NCBI GenBank assembly: GCA_977862235.1
Contig: OZ374565.1
Location: forward strand, 186,001 to 250,000
From: Dudresnaya verticillata
Lineage: Eukaryota
Length of the DNA: 64,000 bases
Direction: 5' to 3'
Part shown: positions 1-12,700 of the stretch, piece after piece
Layout of the letters: each line of letters opens with the position of its first letter
Numbering within the stretch: the stretch's first letter is position 1
Position numbers and translations under genes: made by a program
Notes under the pieces: model-generated
The model's database searches: none
Seen by the model: the letters and a program-made list of their open reading frames with translations, nothing else
Told to the model about the DNA's origin: nothing

Positions 1-281
1 GCTGGCGCCGGCTCAACGGCGCCTCGGCGCCACGTCGCGAAAACAAAATCCGGAAAGCGCCGCTTTCGGACCGGCAGCCGGAGCGCGGTGGTGCCGCCGC
101 GCGCGCACATCCGCGCGCCTCCGCGCGCCGCCAGGCACGCCCGCGCCACCCGCGCCCCATCCACCCATCCCTCGCTCCTCTTCCGCCGCCGCTACAACAC
201 CCGCAGCCCCGCCGCCGCCGCCGCCAGCAACCTCCCACCCCCACCCCCACCCGCACCCGCACCCGCACCCGCACCCACACC

Positions 282-2807
282 ATGCCGCTCCTCCACCTCC
301 GTCCCCGCCTCCGTCCCCGCCTCCGTCCCCGCCTCCTTCCCCCCCTCCTCCCCCCCCTCCTCCTCCTCCTCCTCGCGCCCCCCCGCCCCACGCTCGCATC
401 CTCCTCCCAAGTCTCCGCCGACTACGACTGCGCCAACCACAAGTCGCTCTTCTCCCTGCCGCCGCGCCGCGACGCCGACTGCCTGCAACTGCTGCGCGAC
501 CCTGCGCACGTCGCGCGCTTCGACATCTGCAAGTCCACCACGTGCTACCTGTTCCTGCAAGAGCCGCCGTTTGTCAAGTTCTCCACGGCCGCTCTGTCGT
601 CGTCGCGCGCCGCGCTGCTCTCCTACCAAAGGCCGTTTGCCTGCGCAGCCCCAAAGTCGCTGCACGCGTCGCTGGGCGGCGTGGCCTTCTCGCTGCACGC
701 GGCCACGTCGTCGCGCGACGCCCAGTGCGTGTGGGCGGGCCCCATCTCGGCGTGCTCGTTCAACGCGCTGGTGGACTTTGCGCACGTCATGTCGGCCCCG
801 CCGCCGCCGTCGTCGTCGGACGCCCAGCCCTACCGCTTTGCCATCACGGGCTTGCTGCTGGAGACCCCGCAGCGCCAGTGCGTGCACGAGCCGTCGGCCC
901 CGTTTATCGACAACTCGATGGTTGTCATCGGCCGCAACACCGGCGATGACCCGGCCGCAAAGGGCCCGTTCTACCAGCTCATGCGCCCGTTTCGCTGGAC
1001 CACGTGGGGTATCTTTGGCGCCGTCATCGCGCTCTTCATGCTTGTCTGCTTTGCTATCGCAGTCAGGTTTCATGTCTTTCGCGGACGCTCGCTTGTGACC
1101 GCCTTTTTCATCTTTACCGGCGAGCGCGACCAGGCCATGGCCCATGAGACTGGCCATCGCGCATACCATGCTGCCCACCCGTCGTCGTCGTCGTCGTCGC
1201 ACCAGCCCCACAACAACAACAACAACAACAATAATAATAATAATACTTGTACTACTAATAACCCCGCCCACCCCACCACCACCGCCGCCGCCTTGCCGTC
1301 CTCCATGCGCAAGCTGTTCTTCCGCCCGCGGAGGGGCCGTGTTGTGGAACGCGTCATAACCACCGCTCCACCTCCACCTTCACCTTCACCTTCTGCTGCT
1401 GCAAACGCAAACGCAGCTACTGCTGCTGCTTCTGTATCGCTCCCGCTACCGCCGCCGTCGGACCACCACCACCACCGCCACCGCAACCACGCACAACACC
1501 AACACTCGCTGCAGCCGCTGCAGCCAATGCCCTCAGAGGACGAGATGCTCAAGAAGAGCATGTCGTTTGCAACAAAGTACGGCCTCGCCATGACGCTGTT
1601 CCGCATCTCGCTGCTCGCCTTTGTCGCCGTCTTCATGCTCTTCTACGAGGTTGCCGTCGTCAACTTTCTGTTCCAGCAGCAGAGCCTCGAACTCAGCAAG
1701 AGCGTCAAGAGCCTCTCCATCTCAGAGCTCAACGAGTACTCGGTCCTCAAGGACTCGGCCCTCGAAAACGTCTGGAACGCCACAGGTAAGTCTTTTTTGT
1801 TGCGCTTTGTATCTTGTTGTTGTTGTTGTTGCTGCTGTGTTTCTCAACGAGCTGACCGACAAAAATGTCTCTAAAATAACAATGGCATGGCTCTCTCGAC
1901 AGTCAACCCAAAAGGCCTCAAGTACGACGGCCTCAACCCGAATGCCATCCCGTGGGAGCGCTGCTCCAGCGCGGCGCAATGCATCGAGTGGGCCGATGAC
2001 CCAGATGAGAAGGCCAACTTTGTCGTGTCGTTCGAAGTCGTCGGCAAGTACCTCATCAGCCAGTTGTCCAGTTGCAGTAAGTCACCACACGGACCGACCC
2101 GGTGCCTACCATGCAACGCACTATGTTGAGCCCCTTACTGACACAACATCAATCTCTTTCTCGCACGCACGCTCTCGCGACCACAGACGACCTGACTATC
2201 TTTGAGACAAAAGACATTCTCTACCAATTCAACGCTGGGTGGCTATACTCTGCCGCTGTGAATGAGACGTTTCGGAAACAGGTTGATCGTGAGATTGTGG
2301 CTCTTCGGATTTCCGGTGAGGTTTGTTTTGCAACGCCCCACGCCCTTTTTTTTGGTTGTTGTTGTCCGAATGCACCCTTTGTCGTGTGCGTACGTGAGGC
2401 AGACATGAAACATGTACTAACTGCAGTGGGCGTGTTCGTTGCCATGTGTCAACAAACTGCAGATTCGCAAGATGATCGATGAAGAGGTGGGCGACTTTAC
2501 GTGCACGCAAGACACGAGCGCCGACATCGGGCCGTTTATCATCCTGGTGCCTCTGGTATTCTTCGTGTTCCCGCCGCTGCTGGTGGCGATCCTGGTGTTG
2601 CTGTGCTGGAGCCCGCACGTGAGCGAGGAGGAGGACGACGAGTCTGTAGCCGACAAGCTGCCGGATTTCAAGGGCGACATCGAGGCCAACGATAGCAAGA
2701 GCAGCCTGCGCGACAGCAACAGCGGCGGCGACACGGCCTACTTGAGCGGCGCGCAGATGTCGGAACAGATTACTGCCGACCTGTCGGAGGACATGCGTGC
2801 TGCATAG
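282..2807 (+). CDS. Ionotropic glutamate receptor-like (GLR/IR-type) channel; predicted exons 282-1785, 1903-2076, 2187-2320, 2463-2807
   Basis: Hydrophobic signal-like N-terminus. Pre-M1/M1 motif YQLMRPFRWTTWGIFGAVIALF, M3-like LLAFVAVFMLFYEVAVVNFL followed by SVKSLSISEL, and Cys before a final TM helix (FTC...IGPFIILVPLVFF). Three GT..AG introns with branch-like GCTGAC/TACTGAC/TACTAAC join the ORFs 282, 1887, 2102 and 2439 in frame. Confidence 0.7.
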
Positions 2808-5548
2808 CGCGGCCGTGGTCTTTGTTGGGGGGGATGATATTTATTTTGATCTTGTCATGATGATGATGATGGTGCATGCACGTGTGTGTCAAGGTAAGAT
2901 GTGCGATGCGGGAGAAGGTGCAAGGTCGGGGTAGAGCCCTTCTCGTTGATGCGGACGGAGATCTCTTTTTGCGTCGCGTCGTCGTGGTGGGCGCCACTGG
3001 CGACGTGGGCCTTGTGGTCCACGGAGCTTTGTTATTTTTTTGTAATTTTTATCGCTTTGACTTTTGCGTACTCGGTGCGCTGCGGGTGCCAAAACAGTAA
3101 CGAGTAGCGAAGAGCGCATTCCATCGCCAAAGAAGAAGAGCATAAGGCCAGCGGTGCGTACGTAACTCTCAAGCCGTGGAGGCAACGCGCTTTGCACGCC
3201 TCGCCACGGCAGCGCGCTTGCTTGGCATCGATCATCGCGACGTGTATCTTATCGGGGTCGGCGTTGCGCGCGCCTGTTGGGGGGAAGCGGAATAGTCTTA
3301 CGTCCGCTGCGCGCGGAGCTGTGAGTAGCGGGGCGCGAGCTGTGCTGTGCTGCGGCCAAACTCGCCGCGCGCGCGCTCTCTCTCGCTCTCTCTGCAGCGC
3401 GCAGGCAAGCTTGTCGCGCCATGCGCAGCGCGTGGGGCGCCGCGCACAGCCCGCGTGTCCCACGCGCGTGGGTTACAAGCGCTTGTTTTGCAATGCGCCC
3501 ATTTGCTGCGCACACGCAACGGTGCGCGCGGCCGGTCGATCGGAGCGAGGCAGACGGGTCAGTCTCCGTCCGAGTTACGACAACAATTGGTATTGGTACA
3601 GTATCTAGGCAGCGTGTGACGGTGCTTCCGCAGCTGCGCGTGTCCCGGGCGATGTTGGAGAGCCCCTCGATGGGAGCTGTGTGCCGTCTGTGAGAAACGC
3701 AAAAAGTCTTGAGGGCGCCGGCCGGCCCTACACGTGCAAATCGTCCCGCGCTATGTACTCATCACGGCACGTCACTTTGTTCTTACTATCTCATACAGTA
3801 TGTCCGAGGTGGTCGTGGAACAAAGGAAGAGACCCTCTCAGAGGAACAGTAATGAAACAACATGGGTCCGACGTATGCCTCGAGAAGCCGTCAATTGTGC
3901 CAGCTCGTCGAGAAGAGACAAGGTCCACTTGTCACTGCCTTTCTCGCCTAAACCTCGATCGATTGATGCATACGGTATACCAACGCAAGCAAATGAATTC
4001 AGTACGAAACCGTGTGCCGTCGCAAGCTGAAAACCGAAGCGTCTGTCAGGCAGGTGATGCGGTCCGCTGCCCAAAGTGATACTCGCCATTCGGTCTGGCG
4101 GAGGCCAAGGTCATATGATGCTTGGGACGATCACTCCCTACACATCTTGCCCTTTCCTGCTCCTCGCTACTCGACCTCTCTCGCCAAAGCTGTCCACGCA
4201 GGACCCTGGTCCATGTCAATTTGTACCAAGCGCATACGCTATTCCCTCTACGTGTGCTGCCTGTTCCACTTTGTTTCACTAACGCACGCCGTCGAAGGTA
4301 ATGGCCGCCGCAAAGTGTCGTTAAAAATATCGAAAAGATTGGTTGCATTCAGCTCCACCATAGACCTCGCCGAGCAATAGCAGCTCAACAACGACTCTTT
4401 TCTTCCGCCGCCATCACAACCGCGCTCCGCAACGCCCTATGGCCGCGAACAACCCCTTTCTGACAATGCGTCGTTCACATACAAAAACGTCGGGCGAGTT
4501 GCAGTCTCGAGCTTCGCACCTCTAGCCGGTCTCGAGCGTCGGGGGAAAAAGAAGAAAAGTATGCATCGCGCCTGGGACGGGACAGCCACAGTTTTGACAG
4601 CTGCACAAACAACGGCGAAAAAGACCGCGGAAAGGGATCGCGGTGTCACTCAGGAGGTACAGCTCTACTTCCGTCGTGCGTTCAGGAGCACCATAGCTGG
4701 CTGGCATAACGTTTGCTTCCTTTTCACGACTGCCTTCGAAGAAGAGATGTACAACTCAGAAACGCTACTACACGGCAGTGCAGAAAGTAAAGCACAAACA
4801 AGTTGCATCACTCGCTCAGTTGCTTTCAGCTGCTTACGGCAGACTGGCAACGAGAAAGGACGTGCTGACCGGAGAGTGCTCAACTGTGCCATTGCCTTCA
4901 CTATTTACACCGTACCGCGCCATCAAATTACTGCGTGCACTGCACAAGTACACGATATACACACACGCGCTTGTTATTACGCTTCACAATGTACCGCGCT
5001 ACCGTGCACTTCATCCGTCCCGTGCAACATGGTACACGCGTCGCTATGGAAACCACAAAGCATCCATTCGCGATTCGCAGGAACCACAATTGCCAGCTAC
5101 CACACAACGTCAATTCAATGTGATGAGGACACGTTCAGACACACGACTTTTCGATCGCTGTTCCGTAAGGATCAAACAACTCGGCCCCAATTGACCCGTG
5201 GGCGTCGCAGTAGGCCTACACGAAAACCCCCTTCGTCCCTCAACTAGTCCCCGCAAAACCATTGTTCATTTCAAACGTTCCACGTTTACTCGTCCACGCC
5301 TTCCTTTCCGAGTTACCCGCCAAGCGCACTGCTACGTTACATCGTTCGCCAAAGTAGTGCTTCTTCTAGAAAATGCTGAGAAGAATAAGAAAAGCCCCTT
5401 TGCGCAGGCTGCCTAACATGTTGCTGTATCTTCTTATATCCCTCCAAGGCAGGTCGAAGCCGAGTAATTCGACCCCGAGGAGGACACACACCCGCACAGC
5501 AACCTCTCTCATTCGCACCAGCCTCTGTTTCGATATCCAAGCTTCACG

Positions 5549-5935
5549 ATGCCGTTCAACACCGTCCTCATCCTCACGCTATTCTCTTTGGTGGTCTTCA
5601 ACGATTTCAGTCGCGCAAGTGCCGCAATGCCGCTGATGGCCCGCTCATCACAATGCGAGTACAACCCTGACACCGAGGAATTTTACCCCTTGGGCTGCCT
5701 CCCGGTTCCGAAAGCCCTTCCAGAGTGCTCAGTCTGCGAGGACGCCACCCAGTGTCAAACATCTTCCTGCATTCAGCACCAGTGCGTCCACGATACGAAG
5801 GAGTCCAAGTTGAAATGCTTCGGCCCCAGTTTGCTCCCGGAATGCGCCGAGTGCTGGAACAATTCCGTCTGCCAGTCTGGTATGTGCAAGGCCGGCGTTT
5901 GCATGGGCGGCGGAGTTGGGCCGAGCTCGTGCTAG
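5549..5935 (+). CDS. Small secreted cysteine-rich protein (128 aa) with two LPECxxC...CQ(T/S)xxC...C repeats
   Basis: ATG start, hydrophobic signal peptide (VLILTLFSLVVF), and a duplicated Cys motif: LPECSVCEDATQCQTSSCIQHQC / LPECAECWNNSVCQSGMCKAGVC. Confidence 0.7.
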   Translation: MPFNTVLILTLFSLVVFNDFSRASAAMPLMARSSQCEYNPDTEEFYPLGCLPVPKALPECSVCEDATQCQTSSCIQHQCVHDTKESKLKCFGPSLLPECAECWNNSVCQSGMCKAGVCMGGGVGPSSC

Positions 5936-6388
5936 GAAACCCGACGCTCAGCCCTCGCCAGCTGCATACTTTTTAGAAGGCTTCAACAGGTCTGCTATGC
6001 AGAGCTGGAGCGGTGGTTGCCACATTCTCTCCGAGAGTCAATTTCGGCCACCGTCGAGGGCAGCCTGCAATACCTGTTAGCAGTTAGCTCCATGTTCATG
6101 AGCAACGTTGACATGCTGTCCCGCAGTGCTTACCTCAGCAGCTGCGATTCAAAGTGCTCCCCTCTCTCCCATTCTTTCGTGTGTGTTTGTGCCGGCGAGA
6201 AGTGAAAAGGTGTGGTTATCAAAATGAATACAAATGAACAGCGTTCTGTTCTGTTCACGTTTATGTGCAGCTGGAACCAAACTCAAAACTATACAGCCGT
6301 GGCCATGCCTCTGCATCTACGGAAATCTTGGCTCTAGATCCCATAGTCAGTCCTTGCAATGCCCACGAAAACTCTCGAGCTCGACAGC

Positions 6389-7774
6389 TTACTTCATAAA
6401 GTAAATTCTAGATTCCATGTAGTCGCCATCGGCTTCTACCCGAAGAAGGAACACCTTATTCACGATAGGATCAGCCCAATAGTTGGGCACCCTTTTCCGG
6501 TTCCCAAACAAGAAGTACGGCATCTGATAGTCGGTCCACTCCTTCGTTCCATCAATGAAGAACGTTACAAATGTCGCAGCTGCTTCCAAAGTCACAGCCT
6601 CAATCGAGATTTCTTTGTAGCCGCGAATATCAACGGCGCAGCGATCTGGCAATGACTGGATCACCTTGCCATCAGCTACAAGCTCAAAATGCTTGAAGAT
6701 TCCTGTGCCGGAAGAGGGACCCATGGAATGAAGTGGAGTTCCTCTACTCGGCACTGGAGCAATCGACATATACGGCTTCGGCGCCCCGGGACTTGGCGTC
6801 ACCGTTATTGAGGGCGACGCCTCGGGGGAAGGTGAGGCCGCCCCTTCCGACTTGGACCCAACGTCCTTCTTGATGGCCACATCAGCGCATGTGTAGTACT
6901 CCTCCGGGAACCGGTCCTTGGCGCAGTCCTTCTGCACCTTTGTGTAACCACCCCTGGCTCCGCCCTGTCCGAAGCAGTTGCCCCATGTCTTCGGCCCATT
7001 CGGGCCCTCAAAGTACTCGATGACACCTGGCGGGTTGCACGTGTTCGCCGCAGACCAGAACCAGTGGATAACGCAGTGGTCACACACAAGGTCTTCGGGC
7101 AGTTTGTATAGCATCTTGTCGTTGCCAAAGCGTTCCTGAGTATTTTCCGGAACGGTTGTGCACGGCAGATACCAACGGCCTGGGTAGTCCGGGTCGATCG
7201 GACCACACCTCTTGTCCATGCCTGAATCACATGACGGGTTGGGCGCGCGGAGAAGCTTGGAGCAGTGGCCGTCCTTGAAGCATTTCTCCGAAATCTCACC
7301 GCCGCACTTGGCCACATCGCACACATGCAGCTGCACAAAGCCATTGTGGTGCGCGACGATGTTGATTTCGATCTCGATGACCTGTCCCTGGGTGTAGTTC
7401 TGGGTGACGAGGCCGTTGAAGTAGTAGTATCCCCCGCGCATGTGGTCCTGTTTACCGCTCTTCAGATCGCCGCAGACGCCTGCTCGCCACTTGAAGTCGC
7501 TTTCTAAGGGGGCGAACGGACCCCAACCGGCGGGGCCGGCCTCTTTGATCTGGGAACGCACGGCGGCACCTGGCGATTTGTCTTTGTCACCTGCAGGGAA
7601 GTGGGCCTTCTGGTCAGCAGGGGCCGACGGGTATTTACCCTTCGAGTTGAACTTGTTAAACGGGGAGAGGGCGCCCCGTTGTGCTGGGATTGTCATCAAA
7701 CCATGCCCCAAGACGCATGGCAGGAAGAGGAGGGCGAGCAGCATTCGAACAGGAGGGGACGGTAGGCCGGCCAT
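6389..7774 (-). CDS. Secreted lytic polysaccharide monooxygenase (His-brace, AA15/AA10-like) with S/P/T linker and C-terminal Ig-like domain
   Basis: Signal peptide LLALLFLPCVLG followed by His1 (HGLMTIPAQRG), second His in IVAHHNGF, and CDHCVIHWFW...NTC and EEYYTCADVAI motifs. Intact 461-aa intronless ORF. Confidence 0.85.
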   Translation of the reverse strand: MAGLPSPPVRMLLALLFLPCVLGHGLMTIPAQRGALSPFNKFNSKGKYPSAPADQKAHFPAGDKDKSPGAAVRSQIKEAGPAGWGPFAPLESDFKWRAGVCGDLKSGKQDHMRGGYYYFNGLVTQNYTQGQVIEIEINIVAHHNGFVQLHVCDVAKCGGEISEKCFKDGHCSKLLRAPNPSCDSGMDKRCGPIDPDYPGRWYLPCTTVPENTQERFGNDKMLYKLPEDLVCDHCVIHWFWSAANTCNPPGVIEYFEGPNGPKTWGNCFGQGGARGGYTKVQKDCAKDRFPEEYYTCADVAIKKDVGSKSEGAASPSPEASPSITVTPSPGAPKPYMSIAPVPSRGTPLHSMGPSSGTGIFKHFELVADGKVIQSLPDRCAVDIRGYKEISIEAVTLEAAATFVTFFIDGTKEWTDYQMPYFLFGNRKRVPNYWADPIVNKVFLLRVEADGDYMESRIYFMK

Positions 7775-8861
7775 TGCGTTGTCACCGGCAAGCGGGAGCG
7801 TGTTTGGGCGTGTGTGGGCGTGGGTCTACGTGTTTGTGGGTGTTTGAGCTTGTGGGTGTGGGTGTGGGTGTGGGTGGGTGGGGAGCGGTGGGGAGCGGTG
7901 AAGAGCGGGTACCCTTCTCCACGACTCCGGGCAAAGCGGGAGGGCATTTAAGGACATCAGAAGCAGACGGGCGGGTTGGTTTCGCGGGCGCGCTGCGCGG
8001 CAATCTGTGGAACATGCTCGGACGCCACGCGGCAATCTGTGGAGCATGCTCGTGCGCGCGGGCTTCGTTGCCGGGCTGCGCTCACACACGCAAGTGGCAT
8101 CATTGTGCATTCCGAAAGCACGCGCTACCTACCTGCGATCCGCGCGAGGTATCACATTGCGTGCGAAGGAAGGAGAAGGCGTTGGCTAGACGCCGCCGCG
8201 GAGCACAGTGACTGCGCGTGATTGCGCATGACGTATGGGCGCGGAGGGGGGTGTCCGCTTACGTGGACTTGCTTGGTGGCGGGGTAGGGTCCGTCGCGCT
8301 GTGCGTGCTGAGCCGTGTTGCGCGGCAGTGCGCGGCACTGGCGCGGCGGTGCGGCGGCGGCGGCGGCGGCGGCGGCGCGGCGACGGAGCATGGAGCATGA
8401 GGAGCGGCGGTGGATGCGCGCAGGCGGGCTTCGCGGGTTACGTGGACGCGGCTGGCGGCGCGGCGGCGCGGACGCGGAGTGCGCGCGTTTGGCAGCGGCG
8501 GAGAGGGTTGGTTGGTCGAGTTTGCGCGGGAGTTTGGACCCGCGGCAGTGCAGGTCGGTGCGGAGGCGGAGAGGATGGAGCGCTTGCTGAGAGCGACGGC
8601 GGGGCCGGAGGGCGGGACGCCTATGGCGTGGTGCAGCCCGTGATTGACATTAAATGGCGCATTTTGCAGTGCGGTGAGCTTTACGTGTGCAGCCCGTGCG
8701 GATTCTGCCTTTGACGTAGTGCGTTTGGCTTAGCAAATGGAACTGCATCTCACGCTTGCGACGCAGCGGCATCAACTTCGATATCGTCCGGCTGCGCAAG
8801 CATTGCCCACAACGCCCGACTCCACGTGACAGAATCTCTAAAGAGCAACTCGGACTGCCCG

Positions 8862-9701
8862 TCACGTACTGCTATCGACAGCTGAAGTGCCCAACTGCTC
8901 GAGGAAAATCGTTGATTCCAAGCAGGAACCATCGGCCTCGACACGGAGCACAAACTCCACCTTCTCGATACGGTTCGCCCAGTAGTTCGGGACCCTCCTC
9001 TTGTTCCCAAAAATGAAGTAGGGCCGTTGGTAGTCTGTCCGTTCCTTCTCCTTTCCATGACGCTCCTGGGCCTTGTCCGGCACGTTAGAGCACTGCGTTG
9101 TAAAAGCAACCCGGGTAGTTCGGGTCGATTGGGACACAGCCCCTGTCCATACCATCGTCACAGATACGGTTGGGCGACCGATTCAGCGTAGAGCAGTGGC
9201 CGTCTTGGAAACATGCCTCTGAGATCTCGCCGCCGCACTTGCAACGTCGCAAATGTGGAGCTCCATGAAGGCCTTATGGTTGGAGACGAGCTTGACCTCG
9301 ATCTCAATGTCCTGTCCCTGGCTGCAGTTCTGCCTAACGAGACCATTCTAGTAACACTCACCGCCGCGCATATGCTGCTGCGGCCCACTCTTCAGGTCGC
9401 CACTCACGCCGGCGCGCCAGGCTGGGTTGCAGCGGGGCGAACGGGGACCAGCCGGCGGCGCGCGCCTCGCGGATCTGCGAACGGGCTGCGGAGGCCGGGA
9501 AGGGGTCCTTGCCGCCTGTGGGGAAGTGGGCCCAAAAGTCGACCGCAGCGCCGGGCTACTTTCCCGCCTGTTGAAAGGATTGACCGGGGAAGTCGCACCG
9601 CGCTGGGCCGGGATAGTCATGAGGCCGTGGCCCAGGGCGTATGGGCGCAGCAGTTGCACGAGCAGCGCCAGTTGCAAAAGCGAAAAGAGCAGAGCAGACA
9701 T
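8862..9701 (-). pseudogene. Decayed tandem paralog of the LPMO gene
   Basis: Retains LGHGLMTIPAQRG, WRAGVSGDLKSG..HMRGG and the C-terminal TDYQRPYFIFGNKRRVPNYWAN..LRVEADG, spread over several frames with a large internal deletion. Confidence 0.85.
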
Positions 9702-12700
9702 GGTGGGTGAACTCTTGTGTTTGCGAGGGCGAGCTCGGCCGGTTCGCTTGTATGTTCGCCGGTGCTCGTTCCGAGTGAAGCGGGTGGGGGGGCTTAATAC
9801 CGTCGCCAGCTCCGTGCACGGCCGTCTCCGATTGCGCGACGGCATTGCTCGGACGCGGAGGCGCGCAAGCACCAGGTTGCATGCCTCAGATCGAAACCAC
9901 AAGTTGGACGGTGGCATTACTACGCCTGCGAGAGCGGGGCTTTGGGAGGAGAAAGACGCAGAGACGCGCGGGTGAGCTGCCGCAATGCTCGCGCGGGTAC
10001 GCGGACGGGCGCGGCGGGGGTGAGCGTGGGCACGGGCGCGCGCGCGCTCTCCCTGCAGCGGGGGCGAGCACCGGACGGCATTGGCCCCGGCTCGGCAAAC
10101 CGCCGCGGAGGGGCCGTTCGCTGCATGACGCGAGGCAGATGTGCGCGTGTGTCTGCTCGCGCGCGCACGACCGAGCGGCGGGTCGACGGCGCGGTGCTGC
10201 GCGGTCGTGCGGTTCCGGCACGGGGGGCGGGTGTTGCCGCAGTGCGGCAGTTGTCGGTCGCCGGTCGGAGCGGAGGCGCGTGAGACTTTTTTTGGGTGAC
10301 TTGGAGCGCGGCGCAGGGCTCCACCAATGCCTTTTCTTCACATCGCACCGGCACCCGCCTCCCGCCGCGGCACTCCCTTCGCACCAACATCAACATCCCG
10401 CCGCGCCCGCGCCCCCGCCGCTTTCGACCTCGCGCAACCTTCCTTCAAGGTACCACCGTTCTGAATCCCACAAAGGCGTACTCTCCTTCGGCGCGCCAAC
10501 CTGCTTCCTCGCCGCGTCTTCCCGAACCGCGCGCGTGTATATCTCGTCTTCCCTTTCCGCCCCGCCCGCCCGCACCCGGTCCGCCCGCGCTGCCCCTGCA
10601 AGCGACCGTCCGTACGCGTCCCGACGGCCTCTGCTTCGCGCTCGCTGCCTTTCGGCGTGGGCAGGTACTGTGGCTTGTCCGCCGCGCCCCTCTGCATGCG
10701 GGCATCCGTGTCGTGTGTCACCCTGTAGCTCCGACGCAGCCATTCTCGCTCCCGCTCGCGCCGCCGCCTGCGCTGCCGTCGCCACCGCATGTATCATCGA
10801 AACATGTCATCCTCAACCGTTCTCTCTGCAGCTGCCGTCCTGTGTGTAACGTGGACGCCTCGTCCTCTCGTCGCGTGTAACATCATCCTCCCATCCGACA
10901 ATACCTGCCGCTTAACCTCGCAGACACCGCACCTGGCGAGAGGGCTAGGGTGACACGGAACATCAGAAACCATCCGTGTGTGCCCAACTGCTTTTCCCCC
11001 GGCTCGCATCATAAGAACAATAGACAGAGAGAGCAGATCTGGAAGCAACTGAAGCCCTGCCCACCTGTCCAGACATGCGCAAGACCACAATTCGGACGGC
11101 CCCGCCGCACCCACCGCAGCCGCAGCCCTTTGCGAGCTCCCTAGGATACCCTCCTGAAGCTGCCGCAATCTCCTCCGTCTCGCGCGTACCACCTACGTGC
11201 GGCCCATCCACCTGACAACCCCAGGCTATGCTTAAACCGCCGCCTGTTCCTGCTCGTGGTGGCGCACAAGCACACCAGTCTCAGGTGCCCCGCGAATTCC
11301 AACTCTACGCTATGTGCTCGCAATAGAAGCAAAAGCAAAGCAGACGCCTTCTGCGTGCCACCGCGCAACGCACGGGGTACTGGCACACCATGCACGAGAG
11401 TATCCGAGAGGGGACAACTTCAGCAGAAGTGACGCGAAGTGAAGAAACTGCCTAGTCGCCCTCCCGCCAGTCGGTGGTAGCGGAGAGAGGACGGGGACGG
11501 ACATGCTGCAAGGCATGTTTTCGTCCTCTCACAGCACGGGCGGACCGTCAGAGTTGGCCGGTCAACGCACATAGCGCGAGATAGGAAAGGCGCAGTTGGA
11601 TCTTTCCTTTTCCCAAGGTGGAGCAACGACGGGGTAACATTACAACCTCGACGTGTGCCGTGCAGCAAACTTAACCGTGTTGTTCTGTGATGATGTGGCG
11701 ATGCGGGTGTTCATCTGTGTGCCCCTTCAGATGTGTAGACATGTGGCCGTGCGAACAGTCAGTGTGGAGTAGATGCAGTTGGATATTTGTGGTCCAGTTG
11801 AGAGCGACGATGGCGAAAAGAGTATGTGGGTGTGGTTGTGGAGCAGATCAAAAAAGTTTGCAAGGATTGAGAGAGAAGAGCTAGACTGCATACATCAGCA
11901 CTAGTGTGTGTTTATGTACTTGTGTATGTAGATGCGACACGTTAGAGCGCGTCGCCAAGGGACAGCTTCTCCATGAAATGGTGAAGGAGAGTGAGCATTG
12001 ATGTGCTCGAGCTGGACGCAACCGCGATTTCCGTTCGTGGACTGAAATAGCACTTGATAGGGACGAAGACTAAAAGAGAGAAGCTGTGAAGCAAGAGAGA
12101 ATGCTGAGTTGTTGAGACGGTGACCAACGGCGCATGACGCCACACTACTGCAGCTATCATGCAAGTCGCGAAACTCACGAAGTTTGACAGTTGGGACAGC
12201 GAGGCATTGCACTCTGGTAAGTCGGGGGGATGCGGCTGCTCAGGCGACCCGCGCCCCCGCCAGCAGCACGAGTGTAGCCACCAGTATAGGCTATGCCCGC
12301 CGTTTCCCCTCCAGGCGTTAACGGGGTTACAGCAGCGCCTCCGGCACAACGCATAGTTCCACGTATTGCTCCGGCTTGCTGGACAAGAAAGGGGACGCGA
12401 GCGCATTGATCATTTTCGGTTCCCAATCGACTCCAGCATTCCCGCACCCGCTTCCTCAAACTTCTTCTCTACCACACCACGCCGAAGTCTACATTCAACC
12501 CCTCCGTAAACACATTGCGCCCTCTCGCCGCGGCCTTCGAACCCACTCGCCCAACTTTGATTCTGACAGAAACGCCTATCCAGCGGCCATTCCTCGCCTT
12601 GCGCGCCCAGCAACCGCAGCGTCAGGAACATGTGATAAAAAGGATCACGTTCTGCCAAAGCTACTTCCGTTTGAAACATCTTGTTGCCAAACGGAGCTTG

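Noticed and set aside
13..1636. Long overlapping alternative-frame ORFs (88..1098, 192..1271, 1070..1636)
   Set aside because: Shadow ORFs of GC-rich coding sequence and microsatellites.
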